This document shows positions 1 through 9,696 of a DNA stretch of 36,739 nt, piece by piece (position 1 is the first letter of the stretch; each line of letters opens with the position of its first letter). Source of the stretch: Candidatus Woesearchaeota archaeon (lineage in GTDB: Archaea > Nanobdellota > Nanobdellia > Pacearchaeales > UBA284); contig CAYZTH010000003.1 of NCBI GenBank assembly GCA_964481435.1, positions 1 through 36,739 of the forward strand, written 5' to 3'. The position numbers and the translations under genes were made by a program. A model generated the notes under the pieces. That model saw only the letters and a list, made by a program, of their open reading frames with translations. It did no database searches and was not told where the DNA came from.

Positions 1-1
1 A

Positions 2-79
2 GACGCAATTCATCTGTCAGTTAAAACAGACAGATTTCTTGCTAACCTTTTAAGTTTTATTGCGTATAGAATCAAATAG
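2..79 (+). CDS. Possible 3' end of an upstream gene cut by the window edge
   Basis: Frame 2 is open from the edge (DAIHLSVKTDRFLANLLSFIAYRIK) to TAG at 77-79, followed by a TATA-like TTTTATAAA ahead of the next gene. Confidence 0.3.
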   Translation, partial: DAIHLSVKTDRFLANLLSFIAYRIK

Positions 80-110
80 GTTAATTTTATAAATTTAGTT
101 TTCTTGCATT

Positions 111-138
111 ATTAAAGAGGTTAAATTAAAGAGGTTAA
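111..138 (+). repeat. Perfect tandem 14-bp duplication (ATTAAAGAGGTTAA x2) containing an SD-like GAGGT
   Basis: 111-124 is identical to 125-138, directly before the ATG at 140. Confidence 0.85.
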
Positions 139-139
139 A

Positions 140-784
140 ATGTTTTTTGCTATATTGTTTTTACAGAAACTGTTAAATGCACTTTTGCTAATTCTTCAAG
201 AATCAATAAAAATTGTTTCAGAGCCAATTGAAAATCCGAATATGCTCTGGACACTAGTCCCCCTGGTTGTTGGAATGTTTGCCCTAGAAATCTATTTTGG
301 GCACTATAAAAGAGAGAAACTTGGCTGGAATTCTGCCGTAGGCAACTCATTGGTATTATTCTTTGTGGGTATGAATCTTCTTTCTTTCTTATTCTCAAAC
401 AAGCTTTTAATTAGTTCACCCATGGATGGCCTAAACCTAATCGGCTCGGAGATAGATCCAGTTAGGTTTTTAATTGCCATGTTCATCATTCTAGAAGCAG
501 CATTGCTCTTCTTTTTGAATTTTTTTCATCTAATTCCTGAAAAATTCTCTTTTGGAGTCTCTTCGGGATTATTCATGAATTTCTTAGCTTGCATAGGTAT
601 TATCTTGGTATATGGAGATCTCCCGCTAACTTGGATAATCATCCCCGCGGTCCTACTAATCTTTTTCGTTTTATTGCTGCTATTGAATATTTTGGAGCTG
701 ATTGAACCGAAAAGTTGGAGAGATGAAGATCTTATTCAATTAATTGAGACCCCAAAATATGAAAGAAGATCCAATCTAAAATGA
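140..784 (+). CDS. Hypothetical integral membrane protein
   Basis: 214 aa ORF with about 5-6 hydrophobic segments and an SD-like GAGGT upstream. Confidence 0.75.
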   Translation: MFFAILFLQKLLNALLLILQESIKIVSEPIENPNMLWTLVPLVVGMFALEIYFGHYKREKLGWNSAVGNSLVLFFVGMNLLSFLFSNKLLISSPMDGLNLIGSEIDPVRFLIAMFIILEAALLFFLNFFHLIPEKFSFGVSSGLFMNFLACIGIILVYGDLPLTWIIIPAVLLIFFVLLLLLNILELIEPKSWRDEDLIQLIETPKYERRSNLK

Positions 785-867
785 ATACCCTCTCCAAAGA
801 CCATTAATCCAAGATAAAAACTTTAAAAACCCCGATACCTTATAGCCCATATAAAAAGAGTGTGAAG

Positions 868-1818
868 ATGAAACAAATCAATAATGAGAAATGTCTTAAA
901 GATCAAGATAGTAAGAAAACAAAAACCATAATCGCGGTATTATCTGTGCTATTGGCGATATTCTTTCTGACAACAGTAATTCTATTGAATCAAAAACCAA
1001 GCACGGCTGGAGCAAATGTTGCTCTGATACATATTGATGGAGAAATCTTATCAGGGACGTCTGGGGGATATCAGCCCGGATATGTATTTTCAGATGATGT
1101 AAATAGTCAGATTGAAGAAATCTCAAAGAATGATAAAATTAAAGCAATTATTTTTGAAATCAATTCTCCTGGCGGTTCAGCGGTTGGCTCTTCAGAGATT
1201 GCCTATGCAGTATACAAAGCAAGAGCCTCTGGAAAGAAAACAGTTGCATTGATAAGAGAATCAGGCGCATCAGGAGCTTACTGGATTGCAAGTGCATGCG
1301 ACCATGTTATTGCTCACCCCATGGCGATAACTGGTTCAGTGGGTGTTTTAGCTTCTTATCTTGAATTCTCTGGACTATTAGACCGGTTTAATATAACCTA
1401 CGAGCAACTTAATGGAGGGATGTATAAAGATACAATGAGTCCCTATAGGGAGCTTGGAGATAAAGAGAGAGCAATTCTTCAGAATAAAGTTAACATGATT
1501 CATTTGCTGTTCCTTAATCAAGTATCCCAGAGTAGAAACCTATCAAGCGATACTATTAAAGAGATTTCTACAGGAATGTTCTACCTTGGTACAGAAGCTA
1601 AAGATCTAGGATTAGTTGATGAACTCGGTATAAAAGAAGATGCGGTAAAATATCTTGAAAAAGAATTAAACACCAAGGTTAAAATCCGGGAATATGGCGG
1701 ACAGAATAGCATCCTTATAAGGCTCTCCGGAGTTCAGAGCCAGGTATCTTTTTGGATAGGTAAAGGCATCGGATCAGCACTACTTCAAAACAAGAATATC
1801 TTGAATATTAAGGCATAA
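868..1818 (+). CDS. sppA: Signal peptide peptidase SppA (peptidase S49, short form)
   Basis: N-terminal TM helix; INSPGGS, ASGAYWIASACD (catalytic Ser), TGSVGV, GMYKD and LGLVDELG motifs. Start is ATG 868 or GTG 862. Confidence 0.93.
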   Translation: MKQINNEKCLKDQDSKKTKTIIAVLSVLLAIFFLTTVILLNQKPSTAGANVALIHIDGEILSGTSGGYQPGYVFSDDVNSQIEEISKNDKIKAIIFEINSPGGSAVGSSEIAYAVYKARASGKKTVALIRESGASGAYWIASACDHVIAHPMAITGSVGVLASYLEFSGLLDRFNITYEQLNGGMYKDTMSPYRELGDKERAILQNKVNMIHLLFLNQVSQSRNLSSDTIKEISTGMFYLGTEAKDLGLVDELGIKEDAVKYLEKELNTKVKIREYGGQNSILIRLSGVQSQVSFWIGKGIGSALLQNKNILNIKA

Positions 1819-1882
1819 TTCTTAATTCTCGCCTTTTTTATTCATTAAAAAAGTTTATTAATCTTGAGTAATCAAGAAATTG

Positions 1883-2314
1883 ATGACATCAAAACTTGGA
1901 AGATTCTTTGAAAAGCTATTTTCTCTTGATAAGTATAAGTATGAAAGAATACGAATTAAGAAAGAAACTATTGTGGATATCATGAATTTTGCACGGACTA
2001 GTTATCCAAATGAATTTATTGCATTTCTTACGGGCAGTGTGAAAGATAAAGTGCTAATAATTGATGGATTAATTTATCAGCCTTTCAGTGCAAACAGGCA
2101 ATCTACTTATATGAGGGCAGTTCTGCCAGCATCTTCTGGCGCAATCGGCTCGGTACATAGTCATCCTTCACCCTACTCTGGACCTTCTTCTATTGATTTG
2201 CAATCTTTCGGCAAGAGGGGTGTAATCCATCTAATAATCAATTATCCCTATAATGTTGAGAATATTAGAGCGTATGATTCTAGAGCAAATGTACTTGAGT
2301 TCGAGATATTTTAG
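1883..2314 (+). CDS. JAMM/MPN+ (Mov34) metalloprotease-family protein
   Basis: PNEF (Glu) plus HSHPSPYSGPSSID matches E...HxHx7Sx2D. Confidence 0.88.
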   Translation: MTSKLGRFFEKLFSLDKYKYERIRIKKETIVDIMNFARTSYPNEFIAFLTGSVKDKVLIIDGLIYQPFSANRQSTYMRAVLPASSGAIGSVHSHPSPYSGPSSIDLQSFGKRGVIHLIINYPYNVENIRAYDSRANVLEFEIF

Positions 2315-2318
2315 AAGT

Positions 2319-3209
2319 TTACTTCGCCAAAACTTCACAGCCATCTTTTGTAACCAAGATTGTTGCTTCTGCTTGTGAGACAGGCATCTTGGTCTTTTCT
2401 ATGAGCTGCATGAAATGATGAAGTGCATTTGCCTTCTCTAGAAGCCTGAGGGCGAAAAGTGATTTTGAACCGAATTTTTTTACAAGCCATCTTGAGGTAA
2501 AGGGAAGCTCTTTGTATTCTTCTTCTATGAAATCAAGAATTTTTCTTGAGTCATTATCCCTGACTAGGTGTTTAACTTCAAATTTATAGATCCCAGAAGG
2601 TTTTCCATCCTGAACCATGCCCTGGCCGGTTGTTGCGAATGGCTCAATTGCTAGAACTTGGCCTTCTTTTAATTTGGTATCTGATTGATTATCATAATTA
2701 GGAATTGTCAGACCTGCATGAAGCATGTATTGCTTTAGTTCGTGGCCCGAGAGGTTTACGATTGGTGCATAGCCATAGGAAGAGATTGTTTTTTGAATGA
2801 CTTTCCCTATTTCACGAATTTCAATACCCGGCTTAATAATTCTTAGAGCTTCATCAAGTGCTTTTTGGCTCGCCTCAATTAGTTTCTTATGTTCTTTGGT
2901 TTCTGTTAGGTCAATTGAACATGCTAAATCAGATATATATCCATCAACCGAGATTCCTAAATCTACTTTTAACAAGCCATGAGCAAGGTCTTCATCATTT
3001 GATAGGGGAGAACTATGGGCGGCAATTTCATTTATTGATAGATTGATTGGGAAAGCAAATTTAGCTCCTTTTTTCTCAACAAAGGCCTCTACTTTCTCTG
3101 CTATCTCAAGAAGTTTCATTCCAGGCTTTATGATTGATTTTGCATACTCCATTGCTTCTGAACCTATCTTTCCTGCTTTTCTCCACTTTTCTAGTTCTTC
3201 GGGTTTCAT
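2319..3209 (-). CDS. map: Type II methionine aminopeptidase
   Basis: AFPINLSINEIAAH, KVDLG, DGYISD, NLSGH, AIEPFAT and QAEAT motifs, plus the type II helical insert. Confidence 0.96.
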   Translation of the reverse strand: MKPEELEKWRKAGKIGSEAMEYAKSIIKPGMKLLEIAEKVEAFVEKKGAKFAFPINLSINEIAAHSSPLSNDEDLAHGLLKVDLGISVDGYISDLACSIDLTETKEHKKLIEASQKALDEALRIIKPGIEIREIGKVIQKTISSYGYAPIVNLSGHELKQYMLHAGLTIPNYDNQSDTKLKEGQVLAIEPFATTGQGMVQDGKPSGIYKFEVKHLVRDNDSRKILDFIEEEYKELPFTSRWLVKKFGSKSLFALRLLEKANALHHFMQLIEKTKMPVSQAEATILVTKDGCEVLAK

Positions 3210-3249
3210 TTTATTCTTTTTATTAGAAGATTTGTTTATTTATAAAACA

Positions 3250-4113
3250 TTAGGCTGCTAAGATTCCTTCTAAAGATTGATAAATTCTCGCAAATGTCTG
3301 AAGAGACATTTTGTTTACACCTTTTCTGCTTAGACCACAAATATCTGCACCAATAATAGGAAATTTTGATGCAACCTTTTCTATGGTCTCTATTAAAAAT
3401 TCCGGAGTAGTCCCATCTTCTACAGGATAATCGGTTTGAATATATCTCCTTCCTAAGCAATCTAAATCTATTGAAAGGTATAATCCTTTGACACCCCTAG
3501 CACTCCGACCGTTTAGTGTAGCCAGAATTGTGGGAGCAAGTTGCGAATCTCGGTCTATGGGGGCCTCATAGGGTTCGAGTATGTGTCTTGAATGACCCAT
3601 AACTCTCCCATGATCTTCATCTGGATAAATGACAATATGAAATTTAGGAATATCTCTTAATGCCTGGGCCCAGAATTCTCCTCCCCATAATTTTCTAGGT
3701 TTTGCATTTTGTTCTTTTGGCTCAACTGGGCTACCAACCCCATCACTATGTGCATCAAAAACTAAAACTCCGAATGGTCCCCTATAGGATTCTGCAACTC
3801 TTTTTAAAAGACCATAAGTGAGATGATGATTGAGACCAGAATTATTTAGGAAAAGTGGTTTTTTTGACGGATCATATTTAAAATTTCCTAATTCAGCTAA
3901 AAGCTCATCTTCTGTGACATGGCAAAAAAGCTCATCGTCTGCAATTGAACCAGTAAGACTTCTCCGGTCATTTATTGTCTTCAGTTGTATTGGAATACTA
4001 TCTTTTGGGCATAATAGTCCTTCTCTAGATAGGTGCCTTAAGGCTTGAGATAAACCTAAACTTCGTCTTCCAGGTGCATTCTTAACAACATAGACTTGAA
4101 CTCCCCTTGCCAT
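3250..4113 (-). CDS. Divergent arginase/ureohydrolase-family protein
   Basis: SGLNHH, VFDAHSD (DxHxD), YLSIDLDCL (DxD) and IIGADICG metal-ligand motifs. Confidence 0.75.
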   Translation of the reverse strand: MARGVQVYVVKNAPGRRSLGLSQALRHLSREGLLCPKDSIPIQLKTINDRRSLTGSIADDELFCHVTEDELLAELGNFKYDPSKKPLFLNNSGLNHHLTYGLLKRVAESYRGPFGVLVFDAHSDGVGSPVEPKEQNAKPRKLWGGEFWAQALRDIPKFHIVIYPDEDHGRVMGHSRHILEPYEAPIDRDSQLAPTILATLNGRSARGVKGLYLSIDLDCLGRRYIQTDYPVEDGTTPEFLIETIEKVASKFPIIGADICGLSRKGVNKMSLQTFARIYQSLEGILAA

Positions 4114-4183
4114 TCCGGCAATAGTATAAACTATTTATAAAATTATGTAAGAAGCTTTATATATTATAATTTGAATAATTAAT

Positions 4184-4801
4184 ATGGTTCCTTTATGGTT
4201 TGTCATATTTTATCCTGTCGCTGTTGCAATATTCCTTTTTATGTTATTCTTTTCCATAAGCCGTTATAAAAAGTATTCGATATTCACCAGGATTGTAAGT
4301 GATTTGGGGAGAAAAAATACCCTAAGCTGCAAAATCTATAATAGGGCCATAGTATTTTACTCAATAATAAATTTGGCCATAATCTATTTTTTATTTGTCT
4401 ACTTCAATCAACACTTTGCATTTAACATTTATAGCCTGATTGGCCTGATTTTCTTCGCCATTTCCAGTATTTTTGGTATTATACTCGGATTTGTTCCAGA
4501 AGAAGACGGTAAGAAGGGTGATAAACACGATCTTCTTGCGGGAATCATGTTCTTTGAGTACATGCTTGGATCACTGATGTTAGTTTATCCTTTCATAATA
4601 TCAAAGCTATTCTGGATTATGCCCTTTACTCTTCTCAGCCTAGTTATGTTTATATTTTTCTTTATTGCATCTTTGAAATCTTGGCCCTATGTTCTAAGTA
4701 ATGTGAGAAATCCGATTATAAAAAACATCTGCTTTTGGGAGTGGATGTTTGTTATCTATATGATTCTCTGGTTATTTTTAGTTTATCTTGTTATGATTTA
4801 G
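4184..4801 (+). CDS. Membrane protein, DUF998-like (paralog 1)
   Basis: About 6 TM helices; VSDLG motif after TM1, His in a loop (KHD), C-terminal FWEW. Confidence 0.7.
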   Translation: MVPLWFVIFYPVAVAIFLFMLFFSISRYKKYSIFTRIVSDLGRKNTLSCKIYNRAIVFYSIINLAIIYFLFVYFNQHFAFNIYSLIGLIFFAISSIFGIILGFVPEEDGKKGDKHDLLAGIMFFEYMLGSLMLVYPFIISKLFWIMPFTLLSLVMFIFFFIASLKSWPYVLSNVRNPIIKNICFWEWMFVIYMILWLFLVYLVMI

Positions 4802-4817
4802 GAGGTCATGAATAAAA

Positions 4818-5429
4818 ATGTTAATTCCAACTTGGTTCGCGATTGTTTATCTAGTGACCATACTTTCATTTATTGTCTTGATGTATATTGCTAGTGGTGA
4901 TTTTTCTAAAAGGCCATTTTTTAGGAGAACAGTGAGTAGCTTAGGAGAAAAAGGAAGATTGGGCAATAAGATCTTCAATCCAATCTTGAGTTTTATGGGC
5001 GTGCTTAATATGCTTATGGCTTATTTTTTATACACTAATCTACCTAAAAATATACTGACTTTTCTTGGCGCAGGATTTCTTTTTATAGGGTGCATTGCAA
5101 ATATATTCATTGGAGTTCTCTATAAGGGAAGAAAATTGCACGACACTCTTGCAGTTATTGTCTTTGGAGGATACTTGGTAAGTAGTCTTTTCTTAGCCTA
5201 TCCTCTTGTAATATCTAAAATGATTCCTAATTGGATAATGGTTGTATTCGACTTCTTCCTTCTTATAACAGTTATCTTTGTAATAGGATCTATGAAATAC
5301 AAAGACCCGGTATGGTATGATCTGCCTAAAAAGCCACTAAGAAAGAACTTTCCATTCTGGCAGTGGATGATATTTATAGCTGCTTTCTTATGGCTGGCTA
5401 TCTTGTTCCTTATTCTTTTCTTAGCTTAA
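4818..5429 (+). CDS. Membrane protein, DUF998-like (paralog 2)
   Basis: Colinear with the upstream paralog (VSSLG, LHD, YP..ISK, KN..FWQWM); GGAGG SD upstream. Confidence 0.7.
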   Translation: MLIPTWFAIVYLVTILSFIVLMYIASGDFSKRPFFRRTVSSLGEKGRLGNKIFNPILSFMGVLNMLMAYFLYTNLPKNILTFLGAGFLFIGCIANIFIGVLYKGRKLHDTLAVIVFGGYLVSSLFLAYPLVISKMIPNWIMVVFDFFLLITVIFVIGSMKYKDPVWYDLPKKPLRKNFPFWQWMIFIAAFLWLAILFLILFLA

Positions 5430-5454
5430 CCAATCAATATCCCTCTTGAATAAC

Positions 5455-5961
5455 CTAAAAATGCTTTATTCTTCTTTCCTTTGGAACAAAGTTCAGAATT
5501 TTCTCTTGGGTGAGCTTGCCACAGCCGATTATCTCGTTTTTGTATTTTAATAGAATAAAAGGATAAGAAAAGTTCATCTCTTGAATTATATCCTTCATTC
5601 CAGAGGTATCTACATCCTGGCCTGAAATCCAGGTTCTCATCTGTTCTTCATTCAGGTCAAGGACATTCTTCTTTGCTTCCTTAAATATGAATGATGAATC
5701 AAAGCTCAACCTGAAGTCTTGATTTTTCTCATTTTCTTTATCACTTTTCTTTACAAAAGCAAAATATAATCCGATTGTCTCGATTCTTATTGTATTCATC
5801 AAGATCATTAGCTCGCGCTCTGACAAATCACCTGAAAAAATCCTTAATCTCTCTCTTGATGGCTGAATAAATTGAGATCTTGGAAATTTTGTTCCATATG
5901 TCTCACTGAGAAAATCATCAATCTTCTCTTTTTCTCTTTTAGATAGTATTTCAATTTTCAT
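5455..5961 (-). CDS. NIP7-like / RsmF C-terminal PUA-domain protein (partner of the NOP2/Sun methyltransferase)
   Basis: IETIGLYF, FRLSFD, WISGQD, IIGCGK and ILNFVPKERR motifs; same strand as and close to the NOP2 gene. Confidence 0.75.
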   Translation of the reverse strand: MKIEILSKREKEKIDDFLSETYGTKFPRSQFIQPSRERLRIFSGDLSERELMILMNTIRIETIGLYFAFVKKSDKENEKNQDFRLSFDSSFIFKEAKKNVLDLNEEQMRTWISGQDVDTSGMKDIIQEMNFSYPFILLKYKNEIIGCGKLTQEKILNFVPKERRIKHF

Positions 5962-6239
5962 CTTTTTCTCCTGTTCCCTTTAGCTGCAAATTCCCTATCA
6001 TAGTGCCGACTATGTATGCAACCCACATATACCTCTTGACCCTCTTCCACCCTAAAAAGATCTCTTCTCCTTATTGCCGGATAGAGAGTTTCACGACCCC
6101 TGGTCTGATGAAATAAGCATTCTCTTGCAGATTGCTCCGAGGTAAAAGAATCATCATATTGAAAAGAACGGAATTTACCTGTTTTCGTTGACCATGACTC
6201 AATTGTCCTGACAATGTATCTTACTTCGTTTGAATTCAT
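5958..6239 (-). CDS. Hypothetical Arg-rich protein
   Basis: 93 aa ORF filling the gap between two operon genes; its TGA overlaps the next ATG (ATGA, 5958-5961). Confidence 0.6.
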   Translation of the reverse strand: MNSNEVRYIVRTIESWSTKTGKFRSFQYDDSFTSEQSARECLFHQTRGRETLYPAIRRRDLFRVEEGQEVYVGCIHSRHYDREFAAKGNRRKR

Positions 6240-6250
6240 TTTATTTTTGT

Positions 6251-7195
6251 TTATAATTTTCTTAATTTTGCCACAAAAAATCCTTCGGTATCGTTATCCT
6301 GTGGAAAAACTCGCTTGCATTTAGTTAGATCTGGAGAAAATTCTTTATCTTGCCAAGTTTTTAAGCCTTTTCTTGTTTTTAGGGGTAAATCAAATTCCTC
6401 AAGCCCGACATTTAACTTTTCTAGTGCAAATTGAATAACTTTTTCATCTTCTTCTGGTTCGAATGTGCAGGTGGAGTACACCAATATCCCATTTGGCTTT
6501 AGACATTTTAATGCACTGGCAACAAGTTTTTTTTGTAGGGCCGAAATCCCCCGAATCATGTCTGGATTGTACATTGTCCATACTTTTGGGTCACTTCTAA
6601 TTATTCCCTCTCCGGAGCAAGGAGCATCAACAAGTACTTTATCAAATAAAATTTTTCTTGATGCCAAATCTTCACATAATCTTACTCCGTCCATTCTTGA
6701 AATTACGACATTCATGCAGCCGCATCTCTCAAGATTTGAACTTAGGGCCCTTATCCGGTCTATCTTGACATCATTCGCAAGCAGAAAGCCAGTATTTTTC
6801 ATCATCATAGCCATCTGTGTTGTCTTTGAACCAGGAGAGGCACATAGATCTAGAACTGATTCGTGTTCTTGAGGATCTAGAGCAAGTGCAGACATCATGC
6901 TTGAGAGTTCCTGAACATAATACAGGCCGGTCTGATGCTCAATAGATCTTCCTAACTCGCCAGGACCTAGTTTTGATTCGATGACAAACGCTTCTGGAAA
7001 ACCCGGTACTTGAGAAATTTTCCAACCTCGGTCTTCAAGCCTTTTTTTTAGAGCTTGCGGAGATATTTTTAGAGTGTTACATCTGATTATTATCCTGGTT
7101 TGTTTCTTGCAGAATTCAAAAAATGCTTTCATATCTTCAGAATCGGGCAAGAGCTTGTTCAGATACTCTTGAAATGCGGGTTTAATCTCGTACAT
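6251..7195 (-). CDS. NOL1/NOP2/Sun (RsmB/RsmF) family RNA m5C methyltransferase
   Basis: LDLCASPGSKTTQ, DKVLVDAPCSGEG, VYSTCT (both catalytic Cys) and EGFFVAKL. Confidence 0.95.
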   Translation of the reverse strand: MYEIKPAFQEYLNKLLPDSEDMKAFFEFCKKQTRIIIRCNTLKISPQALKKRLEDRGWKISQVPGFPEAFVIESKLGPGELGRSIEHQTGLYYVQELSSMMSALALDPQEHESVLDLCASPGSKTTQMAMMMKNTGFLLANDVKIDRIRALSSNLERCGCMNVVISRMDGVRLCEDLASRKILFDKVLVDAPCSGEGIIRSDPKVWTMYNPDMIRGISALQKKLVASALKCLKPNGILVYSTCTFEPEEDEKVIQFALEKLNVGLEEFDLPLKTRKGLKTWQDKEFSPDLTKCKRVFPQDNDTEGFFVAKLRKL

Positions 7196-7207
7196 TTTAT
7201 ACTCGGT

Positions 7208-7429
7208 TTATTTTTTATTTAAGGGTTTTACTTTCTTTAATTCCTCTGTACTTACTTCTGGAAATACATGACTTGAAAAGCCGCACGAGCGACATTTGTA
7301 TACTGTAGGAAGACCGAAGGCAAAGGTATACTGCTTTGTAACATTCAGTATCTCAATATCTAAAGAGCCACATTTGGGGCATATCCTCACATATTTTGGC
7401 TTCCCTGGCTTTTGTTCTTTGATTTTCAT
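7208..7429 (-). CDS. Small zinc-ribbon protein
   Basis: CPKC...CRSC; first gene of the putative minus-strand operon. Confidence 0.75.
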   Translation of the reverse strand: MKIKEQKPGKPKYVRICPKCGSLDIEILNVTKQYTFAFGLPTVYKCRSCGFSSHVFPEVSTEELKKVKPLNKK

Positions 7430-7587
7430 ACACTAAAAATGTGAAAGGGGTTTAAGAATTTATTTCTTGGGCTTTATTGGGGGGTATAGTGGAATTATCT
7501 CCCTTTTAGGTAGTATTTATACTAACTATCTAGTAGTGAAAATAATAAGGTTTATAAATGATTTTTGCCTTATAATTTACTTATAAA

Positions 7588-9675
7588 ATGGCAATTATAT
7601 ACCCTGAAACAAGAAGATCTGATTTACAAGACCCTTATGCTTGGTTAGAACAAGATAGTGATGAAAGAAAATCATGGGTTGATGCACAGCATGAGCTTAC
7701 GAAGGAAGTTTTTAAATTAATTCCTGAAAGAGAAAGAATTCAAGGAAGGCTAGAGGAATTAGTAAATCGTGAAGCTATACAAGCTAAATGCAAGGGTTTT
7801 GGAAATGTTCATTCAAGAAAGGATACTCTTTTTTATGCTAAAAGAAAAATTGGAGAAGGGCAATATTCTCTATATGCCATGAACTTGCAAACTAAACAGG
7901 AGACGCTTCTGCTTGACCTAAATAAACCAGAATTGAGAGGAGAAACAAGTATTGCAAGAATTAGCCCCAGCCCAGATGGAAAAGCTGTTCTTTATGAACT
8001 TTCAAGAAATGGAAGTGCTTATGTTGAGTTACAAGCTTTAGATGTTTTAACAGGTAAAGTCTTAGCAAGTATCCCAAATACCTTTTACTCAAACCCTGTC
8101 TGGATGCCAGATTGCAGTGGATTTTTTTATTCAAAACTTATTTCAGGAATTATCCCTAATCAATCAGTGCCGCGACCTCATTTTCATAGAATTGGAGAAG
8201 ACCCAAAAGAAGACAAATTAGTTTATGATGACAAAACTCCTGATGGTTCCTGGGTTTGGGTAACTAGTGTTTCTTTTGATGGTAAAAAAGTAATAGTACA
8301 TAGAATGATTGATTACTCAAATACAGAGTTATTATATCTAGATCTGTCAAAACCAGAAGCAAAACCAGAATCAATAACTGGTGGAGAAAGAGCGAGATTT
8401 GGTGCTGATTTTATTGGAGACTATTTATATGTTCAAACAGATTATAAAGCACCAAATTCTATGATCGGAAGAATTAAATTAGATGGAACAACTCCAAAAT
8501 TAAAAGATCTAGAAACGGTTGTAGAAGGAGGAAATGGCATTCTGACTGGTTTTAGGGCAGTGGGAAATTTAAAATATGTTACTAGGAGAATTGATGTTAG
8601 TGATAGGGTTTTTGTTTTAGACGAAAAAGGAGAGAGAGAAATAGAGTTAGGAGAATTTAGAAATACTGAATTTATCAGTGGAAATGAAGATAATCCAGTC
8701 TTAATCTCCCAATCTTTTTTAGACCCACTTACTGCCTATCAGGTTAATGGATTAAAATTAGAGCAAGTTTTAAAAGATGGAGAAGGTCTTGATCCTAATA
8801 AGTTCTGTGTGGAACAAATATGGGCTAAACCAGACAGAAGACGTGATGAAGAATTTGATGAACCTGAAATTCCGATGTATGTTGTTAGAGGAAAAGATGC
8901 GCCAATAGATGGAAATAATGCTACTATTCTTTATGCATATGGTGGATTTGGTTCTACTATTTATCCGAACTTTGCAAAATCTAGATTATTATGGTTAGAG
9001 CGTGGCGGAATTTTTGTCAGCGCAAATATTCGCGGAGGAAGTGAATTTGGAGAAAAATGGCATAATGAAGCAAAACGAGATAAAAAACCGAATGCAGTTA
9101 AGGATTTTAGTTTATGCGCAAGAGCTTTACAAGGATTAAGAGATAGCCGGAAAACAGGAGAAGAAGGATATATAGCAAGAAAGTATACTAAATGTGGACG
9201 TCTAGGAATTACAGGCGAGAGTGATGGAGGTTTGCTAACCTGCGCAGCCTTAGTTAAAGAACCAGAGGGTTTATTTTCTGCAGTTGTTTCAGAATTCCCT
9301 TTTACAGACCTGGCTAGGCCCAATATCACTCCCTCTGGAGAATTATGGACTAAAGAATACGGAGATCCTAGAACTGCAGATATAAGTTACTTATTACGTA
9401 TCTCTCCTTACCATAATGCTCAAAGAATAGAAGGAAAAAGATGCCCTGCTGTATTTATTCGTGTTGCATCAGGGGATGATATGGTGAACCTATCTCATGG
9501 AATGAAAATGGGGGCTGCACTTCAAAATTACATTACTTCGGGCGGACCAATCTTGTTAGATGTAAAAGGAGAAAAATCAGGGCATGGAGGGGGGGAGTCT
9601 TTACAGCTAGCTGTTGAAGATCTGGCTAAAAATTATACTTTTCTTGCACATTTTTTAGGATTGAAAGTTTTTTAA
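7588..9675 (+). CDS. Prolyl oligopeptidase family (S9A) serine peptidase
   Basis: DPYAWLE N-terminus, beta-propeller region, YAYGGF, ANIRGGSEFGEKWH, G-E-S-D-G-G nucleophile, GDDMV (Asp), SGHG (His). Confidence 0.92.
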   Translation: MAIIYPETRRSDLQDPYAWLEQDSDERKSWVDAQHELTKEVFKLIPERERIQGRLEELVNREAIQAKCKGFGNVHSRKDTLFYAKRKIGEGQYSLYAMNLQTKQETLLLDLNKPELRGETSIARISPSPDGKAVLYELSRNGSAYVELQALDVLTGKVLASIPNTFYSNPVWMPDCSGFFYSKLISGIIPNQSVPRPHFHRIGEDPKEDKLVYDDKTPDGSWVWVTSVSFDGKKVIVHRMIDYSNTELLYLDLSKPEAKPESITGGERARFGADFIGDYLYVQTDYKAPNSMIGRIKLDGTTPKLKDLETVVEGGNGILTGFRAVGNLKYVTRRIDVSDRVFVLDEKGEREIELGEFRNTEFISGNEDNPVLISQSFLDPLTAYQVNGLKLEQVLKDGEGLDPNKFCVEQIWAKPDRRRDEEFDEPEIPMYVVRGKDAPIDGNNATILYAYGGFGSTIYPNFAKSRLLWLERGGIFVSANIRGGSEFGEKWHNEAKRDKKPNAVKDFSLCARALQGLRDSRKTGEEGYIARKYTKCGRLGITGESDGGLLTCAALVKEPEGLFSAVVSEFPFTDLARPNITPSGELWTKEYGDPRTADISYLLRISPYHNAQRIEGKRCPAVFIRVASGDDMVNLSHGMKMGAALQNYITSGGPILLDVKGEKSGHGGGESLQLAVEDLAKNYTFLAHFLGLKVF

Positions 9676-9696
9676 AGTCAAATAGTTAATTAAAAG

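Noticed and set aside
1883-2314. JAB protein as part of a CBASS or ubiquitin-like defence system
   Set aside because: No cyclase, E1/E2 or Ubl genes nearby; the context is housekeeping proteolysis.
7507-7532. Short palindrome TAGTAT-TT-ATACTA upstream of the peptidase gene
   Set aside because: Short, AT-rich and single-copy; it could arise by chance.
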